64,000 bases of DNA from Anolis carolinensis (taxonomy: Eukaryota): contig NC_085841.1 of assembly GCF_035594765.1 (NCBI RefSeq), forward strand, positions 155,605,574-155,669,573. Direction: 5' to 3'. Position numbers and translations under genes: made by a program. Positions 1 through 13,099 of the stretch are shown piece after piece. A model generated the notes under the pieces. The model ran no database searches, had not been told where the DNA came from, and saw only the letters and a list, made by a program, of their open reading frames with translations. Numbering within the stretch: position 1 is the stretch's first letter; each line of letters starts with the position of its first letter.

Positions 1-246
1 CCAAGATCGAAAAATCTGCTGATGACCCAAATGCAGACTCTGCAAGGAAACTGACGAAACCATTGATCATATCCTCAGCTGCTGTAAGAAAATCGCACAG
101 ACAGACTACAAACAGAGGTATAACTATGTGGCCCAAATGGAACTTATGCCTCAAGTACCACCTCCCAGCAGTAAAGAACTGGTGGGATCACAAACCTGCA
201 AAAGTATTGGAAAATGAGCACGCAAAGATACTGTGGGACTTCCAAA
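1..246 (+). mobile_element. R4/Dong-clade non-LTR retrotransposon fragment (zinc-knuckle region), 3'-truncated
   Basis: Encodes KIEKSADDP..CRLCKETDETIDHILSCC (C-x2-C-x8-H-x4-C) and KNWWDHKPAKVLENEHAKILWDFQI; near-identical to the reverse complement of about 63155-63410. Confidence 0.85.
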
Positions 247-1672
247 TTCTTTCCCCCTTTTTCAAAAAGGGGGAAAGAACAGACAATGGAAACGATCAAG
301 GTATCTCTTTTCTAACCTCACTGGGAAAATCCTCACAAGAATCCTTGCAAACCGCATTCTACCTGTCTCAGAAGACATCCTCCTGAATTTCAGAATGGCT
401 CCCTCACCCCTTCCAGAAGAACAATGGATATGATCTTCACTGCACGACAGCTCAAAGAAAAATGCAAGGAACAAATTCAACCTCTGTATGTGGCAAATGC
501 ATTTGACACAGTGAATTGCAGTGTTCTCTGGACCATCCTCCTAAATATTGGATGTTCTGACAAATTTGTGAATATCCTGCGACTCCTCCATGATGACATG
601 ATGGCAATAGTCTTGGACAGGAATTGCTCCCAAAGTGACCCATTTAAGGTGGAATCAGGTCAAACAAGGATGTATTATTGCCCCAACCTTATTCTCTGTT
701 TTCATTGTTATGATACTGTACCTTGTTGATGGGAAGCTACTCAGCAGTGTGAAAATCATCTATCGAACTGAAAGCCAAAACCAAAGTCACAACAACATGT
801 TATAGAACTCCAATATGCTGATGATAATGTAGTCTGTGCTCATTCAGAAGAAGATCTACAAGCTACTCTAAACACCTTTGCAGAAGCATATGCAAAGCTC
901 GGCCTCTCAATGAACATAGAGAAAACCAAAATGCTCTTTCAGCAGGCACCATCCAATTCCACTGCAATGCCAGAAATACGGCTTAACGTTGTAACGTTAG
1001 AAACTGTTGTACATTTCCGCTACCTTGGCAGCTACCTCTCCACAAAAGTCCACATTGACACTGAAATACAACACTGTCTGAACGCTGCAAGTGCTGCATT
1101 TTCTTGAATAAGGCAGAGATTGTTTGAGAATAGGGACATTTGTAGGAAGACCAAGATGCATATTTCTAAAGCTATTGTCCTCCCGACCCTGTTATAAGTC
1201 TTTGAAACGTGGACTGTCTAAGACTTCACACTCAACTTCTGGAATGATTCCATCAGCATTGCCTCTGAAAAATCCTGCAAATCTCTTCGGAAGACAGGCA
1301 GGCAAATGTCAACGTGATGGAAGAAGCAAAGATCACCAGTACTGAAGCGATTATCCTTTGCCATCAACTTTGCTGGACAGGCCACATTGTCTGAATGCCC
1401 GATCAGTGTCTCCCAAAGCAGTTACTATACTCTCAACTCAAGAATGGAAAATGGAAAAGTGATTTAAAGATGGGCTTGGAATTAGAAGAGGCATGAATGG
1501 AGGGCAAAAGGGAGAAATGTTTCGAGAGGAAGGTGTGTCAAGCCAACCCTGACAGGGACCACCTTCCATCTGAGAATAGGTCTCTACAGTCACCTATGGA
1601 CCCATCACCAAGACCCTTCACTTGGAAGGCCATCCTATTCGGCCGTGAGGGATCGCCAATAATGATGATGAG
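247..1672 (+). mobile_element. RTE-clade LINE, 5'-truncated and degraded (RT domain to 3' tail)
   Basis: Broken ORFs with GKILTRILANR, DMIFTARQL.EKC.EQ, AFDTV and LQYADD (about 805-825); ends in an (ATG)n-type tail near 1660-1670. Confidence 0.85.
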
Positions 1673-1684
1673 TGATCTAGATGG

Positions 1685-1760
1685 CATTCCTCCACTGAAC
1701 AGGGGTTTAGATGTGATGGCCCATAGGGCTCCTTCCAACTCTGATACTATGATTTTATGA
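1685..1760 (+). mobile_element. CR1 LINE 3' tail
   Basis: ggggtttagatgtgatggcc...ccttccaactctgatactatgattttatga resembles the CR1 terminus with (ATTCTATG)-like repeats. Confidence 0.7.
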
Positions 1761-1854
1761 GATGGGGAGTCAGTTATGGGTTAATGCCATGGGAGGATTA
1801 CAGTATCATCTGCCACAGTGTGCTTTCTAGTATTTTTTGACTTGTGGTAGCCCT

Positions 1855-2045
1855 AAAGTCTATCACAAGGTTTTCATAGCAAGATTTATTCAGAAGACAT
1901 TTGCCATTGCCTTCCTCTAAGGCTGAAAGACTGTGACGTGCTCAAAGTCTCTTACTTATTTTTCTAAGGTCATGGCTGAGATGGGGATTTGAAACCTGGT
2001 CTCTCAGAGTGGTAGTCCAATACTCAGTCTGCTACATCACATAGG
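1855..2045 (-). mobile_element. tRNA-derived SINE (Anolis SINE2-like)
   Basis: Minus strand has an A-box/B-box-like head (tgtgatgtagcag...accaggtttcaaatcccc); related copy at 51820-52013. Confidence 0.65.
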
Positions 2046-2180
2046 TTTCCATCCAATTGTGATGTTAAGAAAGGTTTTTTTATTATAGTTAATGCACCTC
2101 TAGTTTGATGTATATATATAAAATTATAGCTAGTTAATGCATATTCAATTTAATACATATGTTTTCTATTATGCTTATAG

Positions 2181-2275
2181 CTCATATGGTATAATTCACA
2201 TATGGTTGGATGTGCACTTGCTTATTGCAAAGGGAATAGTTATCCATACTTATATTCGTGCCATTTCTGCCCTAG
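2181..2275 (+). CDS. CRISP: CRISP-A exon (CAP C-terminal strands)
   Basis: ttatag|CTC...CCTAG|gtaag; 95 nt; LIWYNSHMVGCALAYCKGNSYPYLYSCHFCP. Confidence 0.93.
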
Positions 2276-4945
2276 GTAAGTTTTGAATATATCCTTCTAC
2301 ATTTTACCCTATTGAAAAGATCCACAAACATTTTCTGACATGAGCTTGATACAACCATTTCAATAGAAGGAAAGATATCTGGTAGTGCTAAGGAGTGCAT
2401 TTGTGAATCTACCACTCTGGGAAATGAATGATGAATGGCAAGTGAATGGGATATCTTTTATGTAAGGATATGGTAGAGGGATCCCTAGCTCCTGTCTGAA
2501 ATTGTTGCTTTGTGCTGTTTTAAGCAAGCAGTCTGGGAGTATAGTTCATTATACTGTACTGCATGAAACAGTACAGATCATGCTACCTCCACTGGTAGTC
2601 AGAGGTTTTTAAAGTGTCATGCTTATGTAATGATATGGGTCAGCCACTGTGAGAATCTGCTCATAGTCCTCAAAAGTTTTTCTTGTGTAAACTCTCAGTA
2701 TTTTTTGAAAAATGCATATATTTATCTCATTTTTTTCCTGGGCTAAACCCTTGTGTCGATAGGACTCCTGACTGAAAGGTCGGTGGTTCAAATCCGGGGA
2801 GTGGGGTGAGTTCCCGTCTGTCAGCTCTAACTCCCCATGCAGGGATATGAGAGAAGCCTCCCACAAGATGGTAAAACACCAAACATCTGGGTGTCCCCTG
2901 GGCAACATCCTTGCAGACGGCCAATTTTCTCATGCCAGAAGTGACTTGCAGTCATGCACTTGGACTCAAAGAGGTGGCTGTCTCCAGTCCGTTCTCACAA
3001 GACAGCAAGTTGTGATGAGGAATTAAAACAGGGGTCCTGCTTCTGATTGTCACAGCTTCACTCACTGGTGGAAGGGGGTTAGAAATGTTATCCTCCTTGC
3101 ACCCAGATTGCCAACTGAACAGACTTTGCCCAATCCAGCTGTTGGGCTGTTAAAGTGGGTTGGGGTAACATTTACAAATGTACTCTTATGACTTTATCAC
3201 ATCAGCCTATTGCCTCATAAAAGTTGAACTTTTTAAGCAAACAGAAATGTGCTTAGAATTAGCATGAGCACTTGAACATTTACACAATTGTGTAAAACTG
3301 GCACTTTGTTGATGCAAATTCCTGCAATCAGTCTTCTGAACAGTCTTGCTTCCTACTGTATTTACCTTCACATTTTCTCCCCACCACCATCACCACCATT
3401 TTGGTACAGTTGAGGCATTCTCACAAACCTTTGTCCACTTGCAGTATCAGGATCTCAGTGGAAGGACCTGATTGTATAAGGAAGAGTAATAGAAAAGCAG
3501 CAATTTTTGATTCAATGATGAGTTTTTCCCTTCAGGGAAAAGAGATGATCCAAAATTGATTCAAGCACTATGTTACTATGAAAGAGAAAGGATGTCATGC
3601 AGTAAGCACCATTCAATGTCAATTTTATGTTGCCATGACTGCATCTTATCAACTTCATGTGATAATGCTCTTAATGAATATACAGAACAGTTATACATCC
3701 ATAACTCCAGGTTACTAATCTGTTACTTCACCATGGATACTAGTTCTGATTTCCAGGCCTATACACATACATTTATGTACAGTATGCTATTGGTAGAAAC
3801 ATGAACCACAATCAGTAGTTCTTGCCTAGCATTGAGAAGTCACTATGTAGTCTGTTTACATGGTTATCATGTATCTTTTGTTTAAGAACTACACTTTTAA
3901 TCATTAAAGTATGGTTTTGATCTGTGATTTCAGTGGGAACATTCAAGACAAAATAGCAGCACCCTACAAAGAAGGCCCTTCCTGTGCAGACTGCCCTTCT
4001 GACTGTGATGATAAACTATGTAGTAAGTTACTGATGACTTATTTTTCTTCTTTGGGAAACCTTTATCCTAGCTTGATAAAGATCCATGCATCTTGCTGAA
4101 CTGGGAGATAATGATCTTTTTAGTCCATGATATCCAGAAGGCATTAGAGACTGGTCTACTGTCTCTTAACTTCCTTTTAATACTTGACTAGAATGTGAAG
4201 CAATCCCTCTTAGAGATCATTATGACCTATTGACTTTCCAAAGTAGGCTGTGCCAATGACATTGAGACCACTCTAGATAGTAAGGCTTACTTCTTATATT
4301 TAATCCATCAGCAGATATTCAAATGTGGAGCAAGATAATAGACCATTCTACACCTAACACCCCCGAGCTTCTCTACATTTCCATGACTGTAGTGTTGTTT
4401 TACTGTGTTGCTACCACACATGTAATATTTTGTTTCTTAACTTAAAAAGGAGAACAAGTCTACATGCATGCTATTATTGATAGCAAGAATCGAACAATAT
4501 GGCCATAGCATGATGTATCATGCCGCAGAATGATGCATCGGCTGTAAATTTCAAATGACTTCAAGAATATCTTTAAAGGAAAAGTATTAGAAAAACGAAT
4601 TCAAGAATATGTGGTAATAATGCTCCAAAAATTGTCCTCTGGGGTAAAAAAAATCAAAATGATACCAGCTAATATTTTAGATCATTACAGGTAAATCAGT
4701 TCAACTATTGCAAGGCTGGAATAATGCAATGTGTAAGCTGGACAGAAAAGAGAGATAAAAGTAGGATAATATTATAATAATGATATATCTAACTTTCATT
4801 TGTTTGTTTTCTTTCAGCCAATGCATGTCCATACAAAAATGTATACAGTGAATGTGAAAAAATGAAAAACCTTTTTAGTTGTGAGTCAAATGTTATGGTT
4901 GACAACTGCCAAGCCTTATGTAGATGCCCAGATCAAGTTTCATAA
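2181..4945 (+). CDS. CRISP: CRISP paralogue A, 3' part: join(2181..2275,3934..4022,4818..4945); 5' exons lie left of the window
   Basis: Spliced translation LIWYNSHMVGCALAYCKGNSYPYLYSCHFCPSGNIQDKIAAPYKEGPSCADCPSDCDDKLCTNACPYKNVYSECEKMKNLFSCESNVMVDNCQALCRCPDQVS*; GT-AG introns with compatible phases; CAP C-terminus, hinge and ICR/ShK-like cysteine pattern. Confidence 0.95.
2738..2955 (+). mobile_element. Sauria SINE variant, partial
   Basis: gggctaaacccttgtg...ggtcggtggttcaaatccgggg tRNA-like head followed by a Sauria-type core. Confidence 0.7.
3934..4022 (+). CDS. CRISP: CRISP-A exon (hinge)
   Basis: tttcag|T...TGTA|gtaagt; 89 nt; GNIQDKIAAPYKEGPSCADCPSDCDDKLC. Confidence 0.95.
4818..4945 (+). 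CDS. CRISP: CRISP-A last coding exon (ICR/ShK-like domain)
   Basis: ctttcag|CC AAT...TCA TAA; six cysteines spaced C-x8-C-x8-C-x8-C-x3-C-x-C. Confidence 0.95.
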
Positions 4946-5629
4946 ATATAAATACATGGACACCACAAAGGTCTTATTAAAACAACAGTACTTCACCGAG
5001 AAGGATGAAAATTCAGGATTAAAAAAATCTCTTTAACTGGCAAAAAGGAAGGAGCTGAAAATTGTTTCTAATGTATTTTGCTGGTTTTAAAGTTACAATG
5101 AAGAAAAAAGATCTTTCACATAAAACACAACAAGAAAACATGTTGCAGTAAATTAAAGTTACACATAACACTTTTCTTGCAGATGTAGTCTGTAACAGAA
5201 TTTGTATCTATACAAATACAAATGTATAGATATGAGTAATTTTGTCTTATTATGCATTAAAAGCTATCCACCGAATTTTTGTGTGTACCAATCCGACATT
5301 CATCAGGTTTTCATTTTTATTTCATAAATTCATCTCATTTTTTTCCTCTAGAGTGATTTGTGCTGATGGTTTTTTGTACAAAGCACTATTTTGAACTCTT
5401 TTCTGCAAGGCATACAAATATGCCCCCCATCGCATATTTCCCGTTCTTATTCTAATCATGGAGAAATAAATTGTTAACAGGAAACTGTTGAATCTAAAGC
5501 AGTTCATAGTTGAATGCACCCATGTTCTTACATTAGCTTGATTTGGAAAGACTGCTCAGTATAGGCAGGACTTGTTTACGGAAAGGGAAAAAAACCACAG
5601 ACTCACCTCAAATCAGGCCAGACAATGTA

Positions 5630-5935
5630 CTGTGTTTCCCTGAAAATAAGACATCCCCTGAAAATAAGACCTAGTAGAGGTTTTGGTGAATTACCAAATA
5701 TAAGACATCCCCTGAAAGTAAGACCTAGGAGGAGGGAGCCACCGCTGCTGAGGAAGGCGTGTGCAGCGCAAAGGAGGAGGAAGGAAAGGCGCCGCCTTTT
5801 CTTCCTTCTCCTTCACACCACATACGCCTTCTTTGGCGGCGGTGGAGGGAGCAAAATTCCCCGAAAATAAAACCGAACACATCTTTGGAAGCCAAAATTA
5901 ATATAAGACACTGTCTTAATTTCGGGGAAACACAG
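5630..5935. mobile_element. Non-autonomous Tc1/Mariner (pogo/Tigger-like) MITE
   Basis: TIRs CTGTGTTTCCCTGAAAATAAGACA and TGTCTTAATTTCGGGGAAACACAG; TA on both flanks. Confidence 0.85.
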
Positions 5936-6544
5936 TATGGCCATTTCCACATCTTTTAGGTTTTTATAAAACTTGAAAACTACTTTGGAACTTTCTGGAA
6001 AGTTTTTGAAGTATGGGCAGGTGGATCAAATTTAATTTGGGGCAATTCAGTTATCCAAAAGTCAAAAGCGCCCACTAGAACAGATCAGTGCTGGTAGGCA
6101 ATGTCCTTTTCTGTATGGAAGAATCCTGCTCTAAGCTGTAAAGCTTGTTCATTTTTTCCCCTGTGAAATGGCTGGGCTTGCCTAGGGAAAAGGTGGCAAG
6201 TAGCAAGGTAGTAACATGATGTCAAATCACTTTGATTAGTGTGGCACTAGTAGAATTAATCCAGGACAGCTTTGGGGCAAATTTCTCTGTCTTGAACATG
6301 GATTATTTGTGCTGACACTGACTTTATCACACTAGAGCAGGCATGGGCAAACTTCAGCACTCCAGGTATTTTAGACTTCAACTCCCAGAAGTCCCAGCCA
6401 GCTTTCCTGGATCCCACTATACTCAACAATTATAGACGAGTCTCCAATTTTCCATTTATATTGTAAGGTGGCCTCCTAATGCCAAGGGTTTCGGGATGAA
6501 ACAGATTCATTTCAAACTGGTTTCAGACCCTGGATATGGATAAC

Positions 6545-7150
6545 CTTGGTTACCTTGATAACCAGTGCAGAGAACTGGACAGGGGGAGTGGATCCCCATT
6601 GCTTGTACTGGACCTCTCAATGGCCCTCGATGCCATCAGCCATAGTATCTATCTGAGCTGTTTCATATAGATGGGACTTGGCACCACTGTTTTTACAATG
6701 GCTCCTTTCCTTTCTGGAGGGAAATACCCAAAAGTTGGTGCTAGGGGACTCCTGTTTGAATCCTTGGCTATTTGCCTATGGGGTTCCTCAAGGCTCTATT
6801 TTGTTCCCCATTCTTATTAACCTATACATGAAACCACAGGAGGAAGCCAGGTGGACTTTGGGAGTATGGTGCTACCTATCTGCAGATGATACCCATCTAC
6901 TACTCTTTTCCAAACAAAGCCAAGGAAGCTGCCCTGGTCCTAAGCCAATGTTTGTCATCAAATGGACTGGAAGAAGGCAAAGAAATTGAAACATAATCTA
7001 AACAAGACAAAGGTGCTCCTGGTCAGTCAGAAGGCAATCCAGCCATGGAATAGGGATCCAGCCTATGCTAGATGGGCTTACATTCCCTCTGAAGACACAA
7101 ATTCACAGGTTGGGGCTACTCCTGGATTATGCATTGAATTTGGGAGCACC
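6545..7150 (+). mobile_element. L2-clade LINE RT fragment
   Basis: YGVPQGSILFPILINLYMKP, YLSADDT and KLKHNLNKTKVLLV in broken frames; similar to 38090-39350. Confidence 0.8.
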
Positions 7151-8306
7151 AGACTGTGCCTTCATTACATTACCAGACATGCACTTTAGAAGTTTCATTC
7201 ACAACCATCCATTTGCATCTCCCACAACCATACAAGTACTCGCTGCGATGCCCCACCATGTATCTAGCAATGAGCATGCATTCTTTTCCATATTGCTTCC
7301 CACTAGTCATAGCATTTAAGGTGGTCCTTAGTGCAAATGTGCACATACGTGTGTTAATTGTCAAACCTTTCTTTCCATCCCACAACCCTTATGGCTGAGT
7401 TCTCAGAGCTAGGATTCCCTCAGGTGGTAAGAGCCATGAATGTGTCGCCAGTGAGATGGCGGGAGGGGGGCGGGGAGGTCATCAACAGAAAGCAGATGTA
7501 ACCTATTTTGCTACAGAGTATCATGGACCACACTGTGCACTAGGAGTATAGTGTCGAGATTGTGGTAAGTCATAATCCCACTCTATTCTGCTTTGGTTAG
7601 ACCTAATCTACAATACTATCCAGAGAAAGATGGTTAAGGGTTTGGAAGCCTTTAAGACTCAGGGCAGATCACAATGCACATATACATGGTAAATATTCAA
7701 TGCCATTATTAGACATACAACACACATACAAACAGTAGAGGTAATTCAATATTTTCCAACTTCTGACTTCAGGAGGTTATACTTGATTTCGGCCACAGGG
7801 GGAGCTGTCTCTTTATCCACTAGGACGCTGAGTCCTTTTCGATCGTAGTATTTCCTCCTTGCTCTTCGCTTGCTGGCAGCTTTATGGTGTCATAAATTAA
7901 ATTAACCTCCCTGCATTAAGCTGTTCCTAATTTCCTCTGCTCACAGCTGCAGCTGTTTTTGAACTTCTTAGGTGGACAGTAAGCTAGGCTATTAAATGGT
8001 CAGGTACTCACTCCAATGTGGGCTTCAAATTCATGACTTTTTGTTGCATCCGTTTTTTACCCTTTTCCCTTACAGAGTCATAGGCTTTTCAACACCTTTT
8101 CACAATAGAATGTGGCTGCCACACAAGATCTTTGTGGACTGCAACATTTGGGAAAGTGCTATTAACATTTTAATTGGTTTTGAGCATTTTGAAAATAATA
8201 ATTCAGTCAGAGGGAAGTGGTAGATAGTGGATGTACGGTAGTGAAAAACATTCATTTTGCAAATGCTTTGAAATAAATGTTTCAGGACTGAAGAGAGGAG
8301 GCAATA

Positions 8307-8625
8307 AGTAAAGGTAAAGGTTGCCCCTTGACATTAAGTCTAGTCGAGTCCGACTCTGGAGTGTGGTGGTCATCCCCATATCTAAGCCAAAAAGCCGGCA
8401 TTGTTTGTAGACTCCTCCTAGGTCATGTGGCCGGCATGCCTGCATGGAGTGCTGTTATCTTCCTGCCAAAGCAGTACCTATTGATCTACTCACATTTGCA
8501 TGTTTTCAAATGGCTAGGTTGGCTAACCACAGGAGTTCACCCCGTTCCACGGATCTGAATCGCCAACCTTCTGATCAGCAAGTTCTGCAGCTTAGCAGTT
8601 TTACCCACTGCACCACTGCGGCTCC
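8307..8625 (-). mobile_element. Sauria SINE, full length
   Basis: (ACCTTT)n tail and tRNA-like head on the minus strand; 13-bp TSD agaggaggcaata at 8294-8306 and 8626-8638. Confidence 0.9.
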
Positions 8626-9595
8626 AGAGGAGGCAATAGATACTGCAATAATCGAAGTTGCCAATTACCAGGTACACCTGAATCTTTCCTGCTTCTTCTC
8701 AAGCTTCTTCTTATACTGGGGCAGGTATTTTCCATAGAAAGAAGAAGGGCACAAATTCCCCATGTGTGGGGTAATGTCCTTCGTTCCTCTTATATGTACC
8801 AGTTCTAGGTGTGTAATGTGTTGATTCCCTGTGAGATAAATGCCATATCTCTATTGGTTGTAAATACTTTCTTTACTAATGTGTCATTTCACCACATTCA
8901 TATGCTATGTATTGTAACAAACTATTTATCGTTCTTTATACTCGCTTTCCTCACTACATGGTTTTACCAAGTTAGCAGGGTAGAGTCAAGTGAAATATCT
9001 TGCATACATTCTTGGTTATCTCCTTCTTTAAAAAAAACCATTTTATTGTCCAGCCTTTCCAGGGACGAAGTGGTAAGCCTAAGGCAGTCAAGTGGAGTCG
9101 TGTGTGCATCTGGACCCACAAGCCTAATCACTCACAAGCCTTTCCACCCGCTTTGGGAGTCATTTCCTCTCAAGAATCCCAGCCAGCTTCTCATCAGTAA
9201 GGCTAGGATAGAACCAAGACAACAAAGCAGGTTCAAGTAGGTGCTCTTTGAACTCATCTCTTCACTCCGGAAATATTCTGCCCACTTTTGGAGTCCTCTT
9301 TCCCTCCACCCACAAGAAACCACTTCTGTGCCTCCAACATGGCCAGGGTGAAATGATTTATAGCTATGTTTTTTTGCTGAAGTCTCATGATGATCCAGAA
9401 TTTGTGCCCAGCCTAAGCTGAACAGTAGCTGAACAGCAGCATGCTCCTCATTATCAAGGCATATGAACTGAATTCAGTCTGATAGTAATAGAGAATAATA
9501 GTAGGGAACCAAAGCATCATGAAAAGGACAATGTCATTTTCTAAGCAAAGAAAACCATCTCTTTATTGGTTAAGAATTTAAATATATGTAGTTAA

Positions 9596-9862
9596 AAGCC
9601 CCTTAGCCAGGATTTTGATTCGGGGGGAGGGGGGGGCTGAGTCTGAGTGAGAGAGGATCTACTCTAGCAAACCTTTTGTATTGTTATCCCAATACCCCCC
9701 ATATGGGATATATTGAGCATGGTGATCAGATCATGATAAGAATAAACATAACAATTTAAATAATAAATGTAAGGCCTTCTCGCAGACCACCCTGAGAATT
9801 TCGGGGGAGGGAGCTGAAGCCCCTCAAGCCCCCCCCCCCCCCCCCCCCCAGCTACATGCCTG
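9596..9862. mobile_element. Non-autonomous hAT element with poly-G and poly-C tracts
   Basis: 8-bp TSD gtagttaa at 9588-9595 and 9863-9870; right end gctacatgcctg. Confidence 0.8.
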
Positions 9863-10664
9863 GTAGTTAATAATTTTTCAGATCATTTGTAACAATTTAC
9901 TGGAACAAATTATGTCATGTTTGTTGAGCAAAATGCTTACAAGTTGTACAAAAACATTATTTGCTTATCAAGATGCTTCACTGTATCTACTGATCCACTT
10001 TGTACCCAATTTATAATGTTCTTTCTGCTCAATAAAACCTTTTATTGCATTGGTGGTCTGATATGGTCTAAGGCAGTATCCTATGTTCTTTAGCGCCAAT
10101 TCCGTAACCATAAAAAGCACTCAATACTGTCAGGAAGTCATAGAATGTATTGCTTTGGGGGTACGGTGTGTCCAACACAGGGAGTTCTTTTCCTAATTCA
10201 TCTTTAAACCTGGGCTTTACCAAGCCATTCAATGTTAATTATGCTGAAATGAAAAGCTGGAAAATATTCAGCATATCCTTCAAAACATAAGGTAGAGTTC
10301 CTTCAATAACATAACCTGATCTCTGGAACCAGTTGACTCATGCTAAAACATCAAATTGATCTATCAGTGGTTCTGTGCGCTGAGGTAGAAGGAGCACTCC
10401 TTAATCAAAACTGAATCCAATGATTCAACTTCAGTGCAGCCATATAAATGTTTGCTAAGACTTATGGCTCACTAAAGTCAACTGGCTAGGTGGGTGTAGG
10501 ATTAAAATTTTAGTAAAATATGATGATTTGAGCTAACTGCAAAAAGCAGGTTTGAGCATTGTGCACTCCACTACTTTCAATGAGCCACATTCAAGAAACA
10601 AATCGAGTTTGAAGGCAACAAACAGAAGTTAATAAATCGGGACAGGCAGGATGTTAGTACAGAG

Positions 10665-11459
10665 TAGGGTTGGGCTTGAATCCTGCTTCATCTGTTTCAT
10701 TTGTGGTTTTGTACCACTTCGTCCATTCGGATTGCACAGAACGGCACCACCCCATGGGAACAAAAGAAACTGGGAAACCAATGAAGAAAAGGAACGGTAG
10801 CCATTTGGTCGGCTGCTTTTCATCATTTGACTATACGCCCTGGCTTGCAGAGCTTTCATCCCAGCGCCGGGTGCTCAATGCTTGTAGGCCCTGCCTGCTG
10901 AGCCTACGAGTATCAAGCACTCAATGTTTCATAGTCGAGTGCCAAATGCTCAATTGTAGGCCCTGCAAGTCAAGCCTATGAGCCATTGAGTGCTTGGTGG
11001 CGTGTAGGCCTGGCAGCCAGGGCCTACAGTCGAGCACTTGGCACTTGCCTTTAGGCCCTGCGAGCCAGGCCTAGGAGACATCGAGCACTCAATACTCATA
11101 GGCCCTGGCTGCTGGGCCTACAGTTGAGTTCTTGACTGTAGGCCTAGCATCCAGGGCCTACAAGTCATCGAGTGCTCGATGCATGTAGGCTCTGGCTTCC
11201 GGGCCTCCCATCGAGCGCTCAACTGTAAGCCCTGCGAACCGGGCCTATGAGCCAATAGCTCATAGGCCCAGTTCGCAGGGCCTAGTGCTTTGCCACCCAA
11301 AGTCTGATTTTTTTTGTTTTTTGTTTTTTTTGGACCTTGGATGGAAAAGCCCATTTGTATAGGCACCCATTTCCGTAAGTGGCAGACAAAAATGTAAATG
11401 GGGCCATACAAATTGAACAAACAGAAATGGTAAGTAATTCTATACAAATGTGCAACCTA
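10665..11459. mobile_element. Non-autonomous hAT element with an internal array of short palindromic units
   Basis: Ends TAGGGTTG and CAACCTA; 8-bp TSD gtacagag at 10657-10664 and 11460-11467; repeated tgtaggcc..ggcctaca units at about 10870-11290. Confidence 0.8.
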
Positions 11460-12008
11460 GTACAGAGTTCTCTGCTCCAAAAGAACTGAAGTACAGAACA
11501 TTTTATCTACTTTGACAGCCATTTAAAATACCTGCACCCCTCCCTGATTGGCTGAAATGCTGGCCCAGTTTCAATCCAGAAGGAAATTGGGAGCTGGATG
11601 ATAGGGGGTGGACACCATCCCACTCCTTCGGGCTCCAGGAGCCCAAAGAACTGGGATGGCTGTGGGGATTGATCCCCACAAGGCCCACCTGGAAAGATCC
11701 AGACCTTGGCTTAAGGCCTGGACCTTTCCAGGTGTTTTATAAATCTGGAGCAAACTGGGAAATCCCAGTGTTCCCTAGATTAATTCAGTTTTACCCAGGG
11801 CATCATTTAGACACCTCAGGTGAAATCGAGATAGGTCCCGGGACATCAGCCTGTCTGGAAGGGCCCTAAGTGTTTTGCCATAAGCTTTTTCACTGGATGA
11901 TGGCTTTCCTTTCATTTGGCTCAGCTCCCAGCAACCCCCTGGACAGTTTACAAACAACATCTTTGCCAAGTTTCTTTATAGCGCAGTCCTCACCAATTTT
12001 ATATGGGA

Positions 12009-13083
12009 CTAGCTGTAACCGGCCATGCCTTGCTGTGGCCTAGTCTGGTTAAACGGGAAAGAAAGGATTGAGAAAGAGAAGGTTTCAGATATATGTAATT
12101 TCACAATGCTTTTGGGTAGACAATATTTGTAGTTGTTCCATTGTCTGTGGAGATATAGAGATCATGTGGTTTGGCAACTCTGGAACACACAAGATATTAT
12201 TGTCCATGAGAGAAGCAATCTGTGTCTAGATGTAAACCACAGAATTCTGAAGATTGCCTCCGAGTGTAAATATAGATAGATGGATGGATGGATATAGATC
12301 TCTTTCTTTCTCTGCCTTCCCCTTGGGGTGAATGACGGGGGTGTGGCTTCCTTGTAGGCCATGCCCCCATATTATTTTCCTGCTGGTAGAGGGCAAAGGT
12401 CCTTCCCAGGGAGTGACTCCAGTTCCCCCTTCTCCTTATTACTGTTGTTGTAGTTCTTGTAAGCAGTTGGATGGGGCCCCAAAGACATCCCCCTCCCTAA
12501 TTATAAGAAGGGTCGGAGATTCTAAAGATTGTCTCTGAGTGTAAATATACATAAATGGATGTAGATCTTTTTCTCTGCCCTCCCCTTGGGGAGAATGACA
12601 GGGGACGTGGCTTCCTCATGGGCCATGCCCCATGTTATTTTCCAGTGCCCTCTCCTTCCTATTATTGCTGTTGGCATGTGGGGCCCCAAAGATGCCCCCC
12701 TCCCTAAGCATAAGGAGGGTCTTCCTAAATATCTTCCCTTCCCTCTCAGTCACTCACCCAAAGGCCTCTGGCCTCCCTGGAGGCCTCTTCCGCCTCCACC
12801 GTTGCCTTGGAGGCAATGCCCACCCTCCCGAAGCAGAAGGAGGCTCTTCCTAAATGCCTCACTTCCCTGTCAGTTAGTCATCCTCAGTTTGTCCAGCAGA
12901 TAACACTGTGAATCTAGGCATGGTTTTACCTGTCTCAGGTGTGAAAGGTGTATAATAGGTATGTGGATACCTTAAACACTCAATAGTTTGAATGCTACAT
13001 TGTGTCCAAATTTCAAAGCAATCGGTGAAGTACTTTGGGAGATATGAGGTCCCTCACAAACTGACATTACATTTTTATATAGA
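12009..13083 (-). mobile_element. Non-autonomous Helitron
   Basis: Minus strand starts A|TCTATATAAAAATG and ends gccacagcaaggcatggc...CTAG|T; internal ~275-bp direct duplication (about 12245 and 12520); same termini as 36081-37862. Confidence 0.8.
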
Positions 13084-13099
13084 TGTGTCCTGATTTGTC

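Noticed and set aside
3911-4099. ORF-track 62-aa ORF as a stand-alone small Cys-rich gene
   Set aside because: Only 3934-4022 is CRISP-like and it is bounded by splice sites; the same applies to ORFs 33010-33201 and 61165-61464
4946-5300. Poly(A) site of gene A
   Set aside because: Several ATTAAA hexamers (about 4976, 5018, 5151, 5256) and no way to choose without transcript data; the gene B candidate at 19621-19626 is equally unsupported
10870-11290. Possible CRISPR-like array
   Set aside because: Vertebrate context, degenerate units with no unique spacers, no cas genes, and it lies inside a hAT element
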